Assembly (NCBI RefSeq): GCF_006345805.1
Contig: NC_042999.1
Coordinates: forward strand, 90,086,001 to 90,150,000
Reading direction: 5' to 3'
DNA length: 64,000 nt
Source of the DNA: Octopus sinensis
Taxonomy: Eukaryota
This document shows positions 22,945-36,400 of the stretch, one piece after another. The notes under the pieces are model-generated. The model worked only from the letters and a program-made list of their open reading frames with translations. It had not been told where the DNA came from and did no database searches. The position numbers and the translations under genes were made by a program. Numbering within the stretch: the first letter of the stretch is position 1; the number at the start of each line of letters is the position of its first letter.

Positions 22945-24200
22945 TGACTGGTGTAGCAGCATTATAGTCAGTTACTACAAGGATAAGGTAGATGCCTTAG
23001 ACAAGTAATTACGGAGGCATTAAATTGGTGGACCAGGTCATGAAAATTATGGTAAGAGTTATAGCCCAATTAATTAGAAACAGAATCAAAATAGATGAAA
23101 TGTAGTTTAGCTTTCTGGTGAGGAGAAGCTCTACTGATGCTATCTTTATAGTCAGACAACTACAGAACAAGTATTTGGCTAAGAATAAACCATTGTACTT
23201 GGTGTTTGTTGACTTAGAGAAAACCTTTGACAGAGTACCCCACTGTGTGATATGGTGAGCTAGGAATAAACAAGTAGCTTGTAGAAGTTGTGGAGGCCAT
23301 GTAAAGAGGTTCTGTCAATAAGGTGAGAATTAATCATATGTATAGTGATGAATTTAGTGTGCAGGCAGACATTCATCAGGGTTTGGTTCATCATTGTCCT
23401 CCAGGTCATAACACAAGAATTCAAGACTGGCTGATTTTGCCCTCATAGCAGAATCTGTAACAATTAGAAAAGAAATTCCAGGTGTGGAAGCAAAACCTGG
23501 AATTGAAGGGCCTTAAGGTTAACTTAGCAAAGACTAAAGTTCTAGTAAGCAAGAAAATGGCCAGGACCCTACCCACATCGGGTAAATGGTCCTGCTTATT
23601 ATGTAGGAAAAGTGTAGGCAGTAATTCCATACAGTGTACCCTGTGTAAACTATAGACACACAAGAAGTACTGTGGAACAATAATAGGGTTATCAGAGAAA
23701 GTGTGTTTGTATATTGGAAGATGTACAGGAGCCATAAAAATCACGGATACTTAAGAAATTGATTTTCTCAAATGCCCTGGAAGCTTTTCAGAAGTAAAGG
23801 GCAATTTTTGCTACCTAGGGGACTTAATTAGTAGTGGGAGAGGATGTATGGAAAGTATAATTACTAAAGTAAGAATAGGATGAAAATTCAGAGCTTTTAC
23901 CCAAGGTCTCTCTCTGAGTGAAAGGAAGATTGATGCATGTGTACAAACAACAACGCTACATGGGTTCTGAACGCAGAAGACTAGAGAGGAATGAAGCTAG
24001 TATGCTCTGCTGCATGTGCAACAGAGTGCTAGTGTATTGAGAGAAAAGCTAGATATAAGAGGAATTATGCAGTGTGCAAGAGAGAAGACTGAGTTGACTT
24101 GGTCATATGATGCTTGTGGATGTGGATAGTTGCATAAAGAAGTGAAAGAGAAAGACATGGGACAAAATACTGAAGGCCAATCTCAAGATATTGAGCCTTA
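22945..24200 (+). mobile_element. Degenerate RTE LINE (RT domain to C-terminus)
   Basis: NYGGIKLVDQVMK, TDAIFIVRQLQNKY, LYLVFVDLEKTFDRVP and the Cys-rich insert, with stops and frameshifts. Confidence 0.88.
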
Positions 24201-24964
24201 TGATGAGAAAGGATTGAAATATCTGGTGCCCTGCAGTTTTCAAGGAGACTCATCCACCACAGTAGAAATTATAACCTAAACTACCTTGGTTAATAGTTGT
24301 CTGAGGAGCTCCGTTCCATCATCCATTTCTCCTTAGCTTTCATCTCCTTTCTATCACCTAAGCTAAATAGGTGCATACTACATCCCCCTGCTTTCTCTGT
24401 TACCTCTAATTCCCATCTTCTGCCTGTTGTCTCCATCAATCACCTTTCTGGGCTTTCTCTCCCCTATGTTGTTCTCCAGCATTAACACCTTATTTATCTG
24501 CTATCATCCTCAATGCAATCACCATTCCATAGCTTCTGTATTTCCTTCCATCATTTGTCTCAGTCACCTCTAAGTCCAAACTTCTGTTTCACCCCCACTT
24601 ATTCTCACCACCCACAATGTCCCTCAAGGACATATCCCAACACATCTTCACCACCATCTCTCTTTATCTTACTCTCTAACCCACTTACCTTTGTTTTTTA
24701 ACTGGAGTATTCATATATCTATTCTACAGCACTGTCACTTGAGGGTACACCCCGATACATGTTTACCCCCACTTTTTTCTCTTTCTCCCCACCCACTTTC
24801 TGACTGGGGCAGCTGTATCTCTCTACAGCAAGACATCTATTTCTGTCCCTCTATCATATAATCTTTCATCACCTGGCATGAAGCTAAGTTCTTCAATACT
24901 ACTCCTCTCAGTTGAGGTAGTCTTGTCTTGTGAGCTACTTAATGATCTCGCTGGTGCTGGTGCA

Positions 24965-25146
24965 ACTTACAAAGAACCCTGTACACTCTGTAAAGTGGTC
25001 GGTACTAAGAAGGGCATCCAACCACAGAAACCATGCCAAAGCAGACAGTTAAGCTTGGTGCAGTCCTCTGGCTCACCAGTTCTTGTCATACTGTCCAACC
25101 CACACCAACTACTTGCATGGAAAACATATTAAATGGTGATGATGAT
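24965..25146 (+). mobile_element. RTE-type 3' tail ending (GAT)n
   Basis: gtacactctgtaaagtggt...aagggcatccaacc...gcatggaaaac...gatgatgat. Follows the pyrimidine-rich tract at 24300-24900. Confidence 0.75.
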
Positions 25147-25849
25147 TCTCCATGACAATACAATAAATGGCTTTCTTACTGGTTTGGATATTCCTCTGGC
25201 ATATTTGAACTTGTAACAAATTTGTATTTATACACATCATTGCTTAGTGGTGCCACCCCATATTTTATTTATGAGGGAATATCATAAGAGGGACTTATTT
25301 CTCGTGTCAGTTCACAGCATCAGCTTTCTTGGTCTCTGTTACTGAAGAGGAGATAACCCTCCAAAATGCATGTACCCAACAGTCTGGTTAGGGAACAATA
25401 TGAGCTGACTCAGTGTATTTCCACCTATTTGTCAACAGCAAAAAAATTTTCTCCTTGGCAAATACAGTGAATGGCTTCCTTACACAATCTAGTTATAGCT
25501 TTGCATATGCAGATATGATTTTAAACAATAGAGAGCTCAATAAAAAATGCAGTGTCTAGTAATTTTATTAAGATATTGAATTAGTCATTGATATCAATCA
25601 GCTATTGGTTTCGCTATATCTTCAGACCATAAGGTAGATTTATTTCAGCCTTCTATGACTAGTAAATAGACAACCTTATAATTGTTAAAATTCATTTAAA
25701 TCTGAAATTATACTTTCAAATTATCTATTAATTATTATAATGTGAATATCTAATAACTAGTAGACATGCCCTTTGCATTTTTCTATACACGAACTCTATT
25801 TGGCATGCTACTGATCAGATGACAAATATTCTCTTGAGGAGCTTCATAC

Positions 25850-26689
25850 AGAAATCACAAAAATCTGGCTTTGAGGATGCTTTCTTGTTCTTTTTAGGAA
25901 GTGTCCTGTCCATTATGCCCATAAGTGTTCAATAGGGTTCATATCTGGTGATTGGCTAGGCCATGGAAGCTTTTTAATTTTATTCTCTTCCAACCAATCA
26001 TGGGTCTTTTTAACCATGTGGCAAGGAGCCCTATCTTCCATAAATAAAGAGTCTTTAATCATTTCACCACTGGAGAAGACTGGAAGGATTCCTTCCTGCA
26101 ATATGGACACATATTTATCTGAGTTTATGTTTCCTTCAAACAATATCAGCACTGACTGACCATTGCTCCCCAGACCTTCACAGAATAGCCGCCATGTTTT
26201 ATTGTTGTCTGCAATCTTTTCACACTAAATTCTTGATCACAGAGTCTCCAGACCCACACTCAACCACTGTCAGAAAATACAGCAAATCTGGACTTATTTG
26301 AGAATATGATAGTGTCCCAAAATGTTAGTGGCCTCTCCACTATCTCACTGGCCCAGTCTTTTCTCTACTTGACATTGGTTGGTCAAAGAAGTGGCTTCCT
26401 TCTTGCTCTGTCAGTAGCCAAGTTTGTGGAGATACCCGACAGTTGTTCTCGGGCAGACATCAATTTGTTCTGCTATGTCAGAGGCCTTGCAATAAGGATT
26501 ATCTTCTATACTTCTCTTAACAAAACGAAGGGTCCTGGATCAGGTGATGTAGACTTCTTCCCTCTCTAGTAAATTGCACAATCACTTTATTAACTGTAGA
26601 AATTGAGATTCCAAGGTCTTCTGCGATTTTATGCTAAGTCCACCTTCAGACTGACCCACAATATGGCTGCTTTGAAATTCATGTGGCAT
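25850..26689 (-). mobile_element. Tc1-like (DD34E) transposase pseudogene
   Basis: FMEDRAPCH...WPSQSPDMNPIEHLW with 34-residue D-E spacing. HTH-like N-terminus (KIAEDLGISISTVNKVI) from the ATG at 26689; frameshifted. TIRs not identified. Confidence 0.88.
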
Positions 26690-28117
26690 GATTAAGCAGT
26701 CACATAAAAATGTCAATTAATAAAAAATATAAACCTTTTTAATTTAAAATAAACATAAAATAATGTTTTATGGGATGACTATTTACTTGTCATGTGTGTG
26801 TGCATATATATATATATATAATGCTGGTTCCATGATAAACTGCACCCAGCACTGTAAAGTGGTTAGTGAATGTGCTAAGATAATGTAGAGTTGAGTGGAC
26901 CCTTAAGTCTGTCCTAGAACATCTCAGCTTTTCTAGTGCTGCTACCAGTATAAAACGCCTATAACACAATATGTGAGTTATATAACACTCCTGAAAATCT
27001 CATTTAAAAATGGTTTCTACAACATATAACACACATTCACATATTTCACCACCTCACCATTCAAATATACTTTGAGTGTAAAGGAGGACAACATTAGCAG
27101 TTATAGAATTGACTGGTCTTTTATAGAACACACATTTTCTTCTATTAATAGCTCTGGAAGATACGATCTTTGCCACTTGGAGAATTATAACATCTTGCTG
27201 CAACATTTTATAATTTTGAGCAAAAGAATGGAATTAATGAATTCCTACAACACTCCCATTGATATTTATTGACAAATTTCTGAATACCAACTGGCTAAAA
27301 TAGTTTATTTTCAACATAATGGCTATGCCATATCTTGTGAGATGCTCACATACTGTAAAAAGGAAAAAACAGATTTTCATCATCTACATAAACATTCACT
27401 ACTTTCTTGCTTTTATGTATTTTGCACATACATTACTGAAATATGGATAACGTTTTTTTTTTTTATTTTTGTTATAATTGTGGCATCAGTACTTATTTGG
27501 TTACCTTGTAACCCACAAAACTAAATACCCAACACTTTATAGTCGATCCATTTATGCAAGGCAATGGGATCTACAAGGTGAGTAGCAGAGAGACTGATGA
27601 CAAAAGAACTGGAATGAGTGGCTGAAAGGAACAAGAGTATGATAGTGGAAACAAAATGGTTAGAGTGAAGGGGTAACAAGGAGAGAGTAATGAATAGTAA
27701 CTGAAGTGGACACTGGTAAGAAAGAATAATGGATGTCAATAACAAGTAGCTTAGCTAGAGGGAATGGTGACTGCACCTTGGAAAAGGTGATGGTAGAGTG
27801 TGTTGGGTCAAACAGGTTTGATGCAAAACCTAAAGCTTAGGCCTCTGAGGGTTGAACATGAGCGATAAAGATGTTGGTAGGAAGAAGACTGAATACAGCT
27901 AGTTCCAGTGCTAGTGCTTACTATACAGGTCACATGGCACACTGAATAGAAGCAAGGTTATCAGACAGATGAGAAAGCTAGATAATGACATATCTAGTTA
28001 CACAAGCATGTGAATAGGAACTGATATACTGGCATCCTTAGTAACATGGACAACATAATACTGTGAATAAAAAAGGTGATAGAGAGATAAGAGAATATTG
28101 GGAGGAAGGAGGTGGTG

Positions 28118-28310
28118 AGCTGGCAGAAACGTTAGCATGCCAGGCGAAATGTTTAGTGGTATTTCGTCTGCCGCTACGTTCTGAGTTCAAATTCCGCTGA
28201 GGTCGACTTTGCTTTTCATCCTTTTGGGGTCATTAAATAAGTACCAGTCACACACTGGGGTCGATATAATTGGCTTAATCCGTTTGTCTGTCCGTGCTTG
28301 TCCTCTCTGT
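28118..28310 (+). mobile_element. tRNA-derived SINE (octopus OK-like; central domain resembles the MetaSINE domain)
   Basis: A-box-like tggcagaaacgttagc, B-box gagttcaaattcc, then gaggtcgactttgc(c/t)tttcatcc...agtaccag. Family naming is from recollection. Confidence 0.85.
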
Positions 28311-28435
28311 CCTTTGTCATCTCCTCTCTAAAGCTCAGTATTTCGAAATTAGTCCTCACGACTTCATCCCATATTTTCCTCTGCCTCCCTCTTCCATAGG
28401 TTCCATCCATTTGGAGTGTCTTCATCAGAGATTAA
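28310..28435 (-). mobile_element. RTE C-terminal fragment
   Basis: GTYGRGRQRKIWDEVVRTNFEIL. Confidence 0.7.
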
Positions 28436-28447
28436 TGACATATAATC

Positions 28448-28712
28448 TACTGGGGTGGCAACTATGTTCCTGCCGTTTTTTAAAATTTGGGAATTTATTG
28501 TGTTTTTAAATTTTAGAATCTATTTTTTTCGGGAATTCTATTTTTGAATCATTTTGGAATTATTTTTTTTTTCTAGTTAATTTTAGTTTAGCTTCAGATC
28601 ATTAAAATGGAATGTCAAGTTAAGAAAAACGAGCATTTTCGACACCTCCTTCTTTTTGCTTTTAATCAAGGTTCTAAGCTGCGCGCGACATTTGTGCTGT
28701 GGTTTAAGGTGT
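28448..28712 (+). mobile_element. Mariner 5' fragment (TIR and transposase N-terminus)
   Basis: TIR-like tactggggtggcaactatgttcctgccg; MECQVKKNEHFRHLLLFAFNQGSK from 28607, related to the element at 19473-20265. Confidence 0.75.
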
Positions 28713-31700
28713 TGGTTTATGGAAAGGTAGTGGTTCAAAATAAAGCTGTTTTCCTTTTCCTTTTTCACATAACAATGGTATTAATAACTCAGTGTTACTC
28801 TGAAGATTCAAATGTGTAAACTGTGTCACATCAACTTTTACTCTAAAATTGTTTTACTATTCTTAAATCATTTCTGGTAAAATTATTGCATCAATATCTG
28901 ATTGGGTTAGCAAAAATATTTTTTATGAACCCCTTAAGATGAAAACTAGATTCCATTATGATGAAAACTGGATGTTTTAGAATGGCATTTAAGTTTGTTT
29001 CGGATATTATGTTTTGTGGCTATGTTCTGTGATTCTGAATTAATTTCATCGTATATGATGATGTTAGTTGTTTTGTAAGAATTTGGAATGCATAAAAGCT
29101 TATTGTAAATATGTTGCTTTTCTCATTTTGTCAGCTGATATACATACAGCTTTGAAGGATTTACAATTCTAACCTTCACACTTGCACAAGAAAGTGTTGT
29201 TTTAAAATTCCATATTCTTTATTAAATAAATTCTATAGTCCTTATTAAAGAGCTCATCTAAGTTTTTATTTCACAATAAGCATCTCTGGGATTTGAATCT
29301 GGATCCATGCTATTCTTGTTTAGTTTTGTTATTCTGTTGTCATAAAAGTTAACATTCCCTCACATGGTTTATCGCATTTTATCTTCTGAATGAATTGTTG
29401 ATGTTTAGTCCCAGCAGATGCCATGACCAAAGGAATTCTATTCCACTATTTTGGGGGTGTATATGACTGCTTAATGTGTCCTACCCTTATATAAGATGGT
29501 AGGATATGATTTGAAGACTATTTAGCTGCTATTTTGAACAGGCTGTTTAGAATATTGATTCTCCCTTGTTCGATTTTTCTTAGTGAAAAAAGAATATATT
29601 TCAATGAAATAGTTCATATCTCTCTCTTTCATTGCTTGCATTCTGTGTTTATGCTTAGCATTCAATGATCAGGAATGATTGTATATTGTTTTCATCTTAG
29701 TTTATTTTATGCTATTCAAACATAAGATGATCAATACAACCCTGCATTAAAAATTTGTGAAGTGCAATCTTAAACAAAAGCTATGAACATATTTTGACCT
29801 ACCAGCATATGACCAGATTCCATTTCCTGGAGTTTAAAACAGTTGCTTGCTTTATACTTATGGTAAATGTATTCCTACTGAAAAATTTTCATCGACTGGC
29901 ATGCCAAAGATTTTCTTTGCACATTTTTCTACCTTACTTTCAGACATCATGGAAATTTCCACAAGAAATAAAATTTTAAACCTATTGCTCAATGGCATTT
30001 AAGCACAGTTAAACCTGTAATAACATTAACAATCATAAAACATAAATCTTTTTAGACAAGATAATTTTTCAGTTTTGTTATTTAATTAAATCTTCAAGGA
30101 GATCCTTGGGGCATCTCTAATTTGAACACCTTTGGGCTCACTATCTTAAAGCAGTTAAACAACATTAAAACCAAAAACATTTCTGGTATGCTAAAACTTT
30201 GTTAATTTCATTTCTGGTCTTAGTTGTTTCCACATTGGAGACTGATATTGAGGACAGTAGTGAAGAGGATGATGTTTCTCTGCATAGTTGATGGCAAGCA
30301 AACTGAAAACCATTAGGAATGCAGAGACCCCACCAAATTCAGGAATGGTGGGGGTTTGTTTTTGTGCACTTGCAGGGATGAAAAAGATTAACTATTATGC
30401 TGCACAGGTTTTTAAAATGAATGAATATAATTAAGTAATCACCAAAATCTTGAGGCCTGTTCCAAGTAAGAATTTTGCCTGTTCTAAATTCACCACATCA
30501 GACTCTGCTAAAATAGGCATACATGTGAAGGTATCACATACATTCTGTCTACTTTGAAGAACATTGAAAAACAATTTGCTACCAGCAGAAACATGTTTCC
30601 TGTTGATTTATGGGCATAAAGCTAATAAACCTCATTAAAGTGACACAAGGCCTAGTTGAAGTCACCAGATAAAATACATCATTAAAATTTAAAGCTGAAA
30701 CGATACTAATATAATTCTTTAATAGTCCTATAATTACTGGTTTATTCTAATATACTCCACAGCATGTTCTAACATCGCATTGTAAAACAAATTGGAATGT
30801 CCAGATTTGGGCCACAAAAACGATTTTTTTCACACCTCTCTTGAAAGTTTTTCTTAAGTTTGTCGGGTATGCATATATCTATAGTATAGATGTTGTAGAT
30901 TTATCAATATAACCGTATGCTATATAATCTGATTAATAGTAAGTTTTTACACAGGTGTTTAAACATTTCAATCAGCTATAATAGTTTCCTATTGACGAGG
31001 TACAAAGACAGTATTTTAGAGGAAAGAATGTTACACGTGCTAGTGCCTTGTAAAAAGCAACTGTACCAGTAATACATAGAAAGCACCTGTGATGATGATG
31101 ATGATGAATAAAAGAGGTTATTATTATGCATAGGGCTTTACCAGCATTAATAGCATAAAATGAGCTTGAGTTAAACAAGAATGAAAATTGAGTTGATGTT
31201 TGACTTGCCAATATTGTTCTCTTGCTCTACAGTTCTATGAGGTTGCTCAGTAGCCTTTCACTACACCCCCTCCAATGCATGAATAGCACATGATTAAAGC
31301 CCTTGAAGGTACTGAATATATCAAGCCTCAAAATCTATGATGATCTCTTATGGTGTCACCACATATATCAGCACCAGAACTGTATCCTAAAAACTTGAAG
31401 TAACTGAAGAAAGTTATAGCATCATATATGATAGATGAACTGATGAGTGAAAGCCAAATCTATATAGCATTTGATTTCTCTGCACTTAAAGCAAATAATT
31501 TACAGTAAATATAGTATGAATGAAAATATCAATTTGAATAGATGTTGTGAAAGTGGCTCTTTATAACATCTATGTCCACCAGGTTTTCATGGCACATTAC
31601 AGAGGTGATTTGCCACTACCTTCCACTTTTTTCCTACAGGAGTAAATAAATTTGGTATCTATTTACAGTAACTGGCAGAACGTTGTGCTGAAGACATGAC

Positions 31701-32328
31701 ACAAAACCATCAACCTTTCTTTGGATGTCTGCTATTTTATCTGTACTCTTAGTTCATGTGATGAGTTTCAATACCATTTCCATCACTTAATTTTCACTTA
31801 ATAACATATAAGCTCAAACAGCAAACTTGTTTCTCAAGTTCAGTAAGCAGTCCATAACTTTTTGTGTTCATTAATTTAGCTAACATCAGTTTTATGATCA
31901 GGTAACACCAAACTGAATAATGAATGCTTGTTTTTAATTGGAGACATTAATAGAAGTGATGATTAAAAAGTTTGATTACTGTTTATAAATCTCAAAATAA
32001 ATCACAATTTCCACTACTGTCAACATAATCTTTTTTTCAACAATATTAAGGCACTACCACTACACATATCAACAAAGAAAAAAAAAAACAAAAACTCATG
32101 AACAATGCCCTTGTAAAATCCTCTAAGTTATTACATGAGCTAGATCTGATAGTCTCTTATACAACCAAAGTTATACACCAAAGATGGCTGTATTTTCAGG
32201 ACCAGAAAATATTTCTCATTTTTTATTCAGTCACTGGCCCACTTCAAAACTCAAGTGCCTTCCACCTATCTCATACAATGCTCACAGTACTTAATAAGCA
32301 TTCTTAATTGAAATAATCTATGAGCATA

Positions 32329-32538
32329 AAGCGGCGAGCTGGCAGAAATGTTAGCATGCTGGGCAACATGCTTAGTGGTATTTCGTCTGTCTATATTCTG
32401 AGTTCAAATTACGCTGAAGCTGACTTTGCTTTTCATCCTTTCAGGATCGATAAATTAAGTACCAGTTGTGTACTCAGGTCGATCTAATCGACTGGCCCCT
32501 CCCCACAAATTTCGGGCATTGTGCCTAGAGTAGAAAAG
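32329..32538 (+). mobile_element. tRNA-derived SINE with 17-bp TSD
   Basis: TSD AATAATCTATGAGCATA at 32312-32328 and 32539-32555; A and B boxes present. Confidence 0.93.
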
Positions 32539-33387
32539 AATAATCTATGAGCATATTGTGTCTCCTTTATGTGTCTATCAGCTTCAAATCCTTTGAATTA
32601 GAAAGCCCACTCAATGTACTCATTATCTTTATTGCACATTACCATCTAAAACTTCACTATTCCTTTACCAGAACTGTGTTCCTCTGGAAATTTTTCTTGA
32701 CCAATATTTTTCTATATATATAGCAACCCACCAAAAGTGGATATCAACTGTATTGATTTATTCAAGAAGACCTGCAATTATCAGAATATGAGTGCTACCC
32801 ATCTTTCTTTGACTACATAAAAAAAAATTAAAATCCTGACTCCTACCCTTCAGTTCAGTGATTAATAAGTAGTAATGGGGACAGCTTATCCAACTGTCTA
32901 AATATGAAAAGAAAAAATTAGCAGGTAAAATGCCTATAAAGTAATAAAATGTATTGTTTGTCAAATTACTGTTTCTATGAAGAGCATTAAATGTTTCAAA
33001 AATTCTCCTTGTTGTTGTTATTTTCAAAGTACTAAAATTTTCATCTTTCATACTTTAAATTGTTAAATGTTACATTTACTGCGAACTGGAGCAAGTTTTA
33101 GGATAGGAAAAATAATTTCCAATGAAATATTTGTTCTGAGCAATATTTTCCTGTCAAATGCTTCTGCTGTATTGAAACTATAGGAATTAGGTCAAGACAA
33201 GTCAATCCTTGCTTCCTGATGAAAAATTAAAAAAAACAACTATTTTAACTATAATTTCAAATATGAAAGAATTCACAGGATCTGTTGATTGTTATTGCTA
33301 AAGTGATGGTTTACATGTGACACACTTGAAACAACTGAAAAATATTCAGTAGAAAATGTTTTTATGTTAGATGCATGTTGGTTGTAG

Positions 33388-33905
33388 CATCATCATCATC
33401 ATCATCATTTAACATCCATTGGGTTGGACGGTTTGACCAGGGCTGATAAGCTGAGGGGCTGCACCAGATTCCAGTCTGATTTGGTATGGTTTCTATGGCT
33501 GGATGCCCTTCCTAATGCCAACCACTCAGAGAATGTAATAGGTGCTTTTACGTGCCAGTTGTGTGACACCAGTATCTGCCATGACTATGCTTTTACTTGG
33601 CTTGATGGATCTTCTTTCGCAAGCAAAGCATATTGCCAAAGGTCTCAGTCATTTGTCATTGCCTCTGTGAAGCCCAGCACACATAAAGTGCATTTTACAT
33701 GTCCCCAGCACGGTTGCTAGTTCTGCGACATCAGCATCAGCCACATTGCTTCTGCAACACCTAATGCTCGAAAGGTGCTTTTTATGTGCCACTGGCATGA
33801 GTGCCAGTTACGTGGCACCGACAACAGTCACAACTATGATTTCACTTGATTTTCACTTTGCAAACATGGCATATTGCCAAATGTCTCAGTCACTAGTCAT
33901 TGCCT
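33388..33905 (-). mobile_element. RTE 3'UTR/tail element with tandem modules
   Basis: (CAT)n at 33388 and conserved tail; similar to 13672-14225. Confidence 0.8.
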
Positions 33906-33911
33906 CCATGA

Positions 33912-34230
33912 GGCCACCACATGGTTTTGGGTTCAGTCTCATTGTGTGCCACCTTGGGCATGTGTCTTCTACTATAGTCCTAGGCCAACTAAAGCCTTAT
34001 AAATGGATTTAGCAGACACAAACTGAAAGAAGATTGTTGTTTGTATATATATATCTATGTTCATGTGTCTGTGTTTACATCCCTATAATTTAGTAGTTCT
34101 GCAAAAGAGATTGATAGAATAAGTAACAGGATTTAAATAAAAAACAAATGGGGGTTGATTTGTATGACTAAATCTTTCAAGATGGTGCTCTATCATAGTT
34201 GCAGTCCAATGACTGAAACAAGAAAAAGAT
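33912..34230 (+). mobile_element. CORE-type tRNA SINE (a second partial copy lies at ~34262-34390)
   Basis: ccacatggttttgggttcagtctc...accttgggcatgtgtcttctactatag (CORE-like), internal microsatellite, 3' part ending caatgactgaaacaag. Confidence 0.75.
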
Positions 34231-34640
34231 ACTATATACATGTGTGTGTGTGTGTGTGTGATAAAGGCTTCCTTCCCAACCACATGGTTCCAGGTTCAGT
34301 CTGACTGAATGACAACTTGCTCAAGTGTCTTCTACTATATATAGCCTCAAATTGGCCAAAGCCTTGCAAGTGGATTTGATAGATAAAACTTAACTCCTAG
34401 CAGATGGATTTAGTGCTGATAGTCTGTGCTGTGTATCAGTATTAGGCCATTCAGTAACTACATAATTTTTTATACAAGGAATTTTAATGTATTTACAGAT
34501 TTTTCTCAGTGTGGTATATTTGAAAACACAGTGCCGCAAATAGCAAGACATCACACTGCTCACACGCACTTTGTTTCGATGTAGTCGGTACTGTTTCTTG
34601 TCTGCAAGGGTTTAAAGAAGCCCATTGTGTGTGTGTATAT

Positions 34641-34982
34641 ATCATCATCATCGTTTAACGTCCGCTTTCCATGCTAGCATGGGTTGGACGGTTCAACTGG
34701 GGTCTGGGGAGCCCAAAGGCTGCACCAGGCCAGTCAGATCTGGCAGTGTTTCTACAGCTGGATGCCCTTCCTAACGCCAACCACTCCGAGAGTGTAGTGG
34801 GTGATTTTATGTGCCACCGACACAGGTGCCAGACGAGGCTGGTGAACGGCCACGCTCGGATGGTGTTTTTTATGTGCCACCGACACAGGTGCCAGACGAG
34901 GCTGGCGGACGGCCACGCTCGGATGGTGTTTTTTATGTGCCAGATGAGGCTGGCGAACGGCCACGCTTGGATGGTGTTTTTT
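34641..34982 (-). mobile_element. Young 5'-truncated copy of the composite element family (three ~62-bp modules plus tail)
   Basis: Tail differs from 19071-19228 at about 4 of ~155 positions (manual alignment); CpGs intact. Confidence 0.92.
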
Positions 34983-35091
34983 ATAAATATACACACACAC
35001 ATGTATATATATATATATATACCTACACACACATACATATACTCATATACATATACATATGTATATATATACACACATATATATATATATG

Positions 35092-35151
<60 letters not shown>
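34983..35151. repeat. Compound (TA)n/(CA)n/(CATA)n microsatellite
   Basis: Directly visible; one of many, e.g. (GA)n ~36835-36880 and 51008-51037, (TA)n ~38138-38175. Confidence 0.97.
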
Positions 35152-35155
<4 letters not shown>

Positions 35156-35442
35156 TTCAATTAAAGGTTAAATACCTCATTAAGGGATAATAAAATCCAA
35201 TGAATATACTGGTATATTACCTATTACAATAAGTATTAAATATTATAATTAATAATCAACAGTAAGGCAATTAGATAACCCGGGGTTTATATATATTTAT
35301 TTAAGAAAAAAATAAGAAAATAGAGATAATTAATAATTATTCATCAATTACAAAATTGGACGTCATCTCTGGCAGCTGTTTCGATTCAAAAACTTTACAA
35401 ATTAACTAGTATAATTAAAAACATTATAAATTTGAATACAGC

Positions 35443-36400
35443 AGTCACCCTTTTGCCCCAAGGCAGCACTATCTCCCCCAGGCACCTGATGTAGGCCTCT
35501 GTGTTGCGTCTGAGGTCGTGTGAGAAGATGAATGGAGGCATAGCATCAGAGTCACTAGTGATCACTCCAAACACCATGAAGGTGTCATTTTATATTTTTA
35601 ATTTTATGCATGTGCATCGTTTGTTTTTGATTTTGTTGACTACACAGTATAGTAGGGTCAGTTGGACACCATCTGGGAGAAAACAGCGTCATGATGCAAT
35701 TCACTCAGCCAGAAATTTGTAAACAACATACTGTACTGCTTGGCATTCACACCAGAAGCTCCAATATGAACATTTCAGTGTTTGGATGTCAATCTGAGGA
35801 TATGTATGAAGAGTGATAAAAATCAAGCATCTAATCAACATTATAGTGTTTGGAGTGATCACTAGTGATGGTGATGTTTTGCCTCCAGTCATCTTCCCAC
35901 ATGGCCCCAGACTCAACACAGAGGCCCACATCAGGTGCCTGGAGGATGTAGTGCTGCCCTGGGTAAAAAGGGGGGCTGCTGGATGACCCTATGCTTGGCA
36001 ACAGGACTCTGCACCATGCCACACAAGCAAGAGAACCCAGTCATGGCTATCAGACAATTTCTGCAACCACATCACCCCTAACATTTGGCCACCTAACTCC
36101 TCAGACTGCAACCCCATTGCTTGTTATGTGTGGAGTGCAGTTGAGCGAGAGGTCAACAACGTTCCTTGTAACACCAAAGATGAATTGAAGGCAAGGATTA
36201 TGGCAGCATTCATCAACTTAAACAAGGAGACTTTCCAGAAGAGTTGCAGGAGATCCTGAAATTGTCTGGAGACGATGGTTGAAGCAAGTGGCGATTTTAT
36301 TGAATACATTTACTCTTTAGTATTTCAAGATATTTTTTATGTAATTTTGGTACATATATCTCTTAATATGAGATGTTAGTGTTATTTTTCTGTTTATCAT
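35443..36400 (+). mobile_element. Rearranged maT/mori-type (DD37D) transposon remnant with an inverted internal segment (35443-35578, minus)
   Basis: VFGVITSDG...WQQDSAPCH...WPPNSSDCNPI[A]CYVW with 37-residue spacing. Internal deletion near 35810. Same family as 60669-61717. Confidence 0.85.

Noticed and set aside
30150-30400. Open frames on the minus strand (e.g. IPEFGGVSAFLMVFSLLAI)
   Set aside because: No recognisable family and no coherent acceptor/donor pair.
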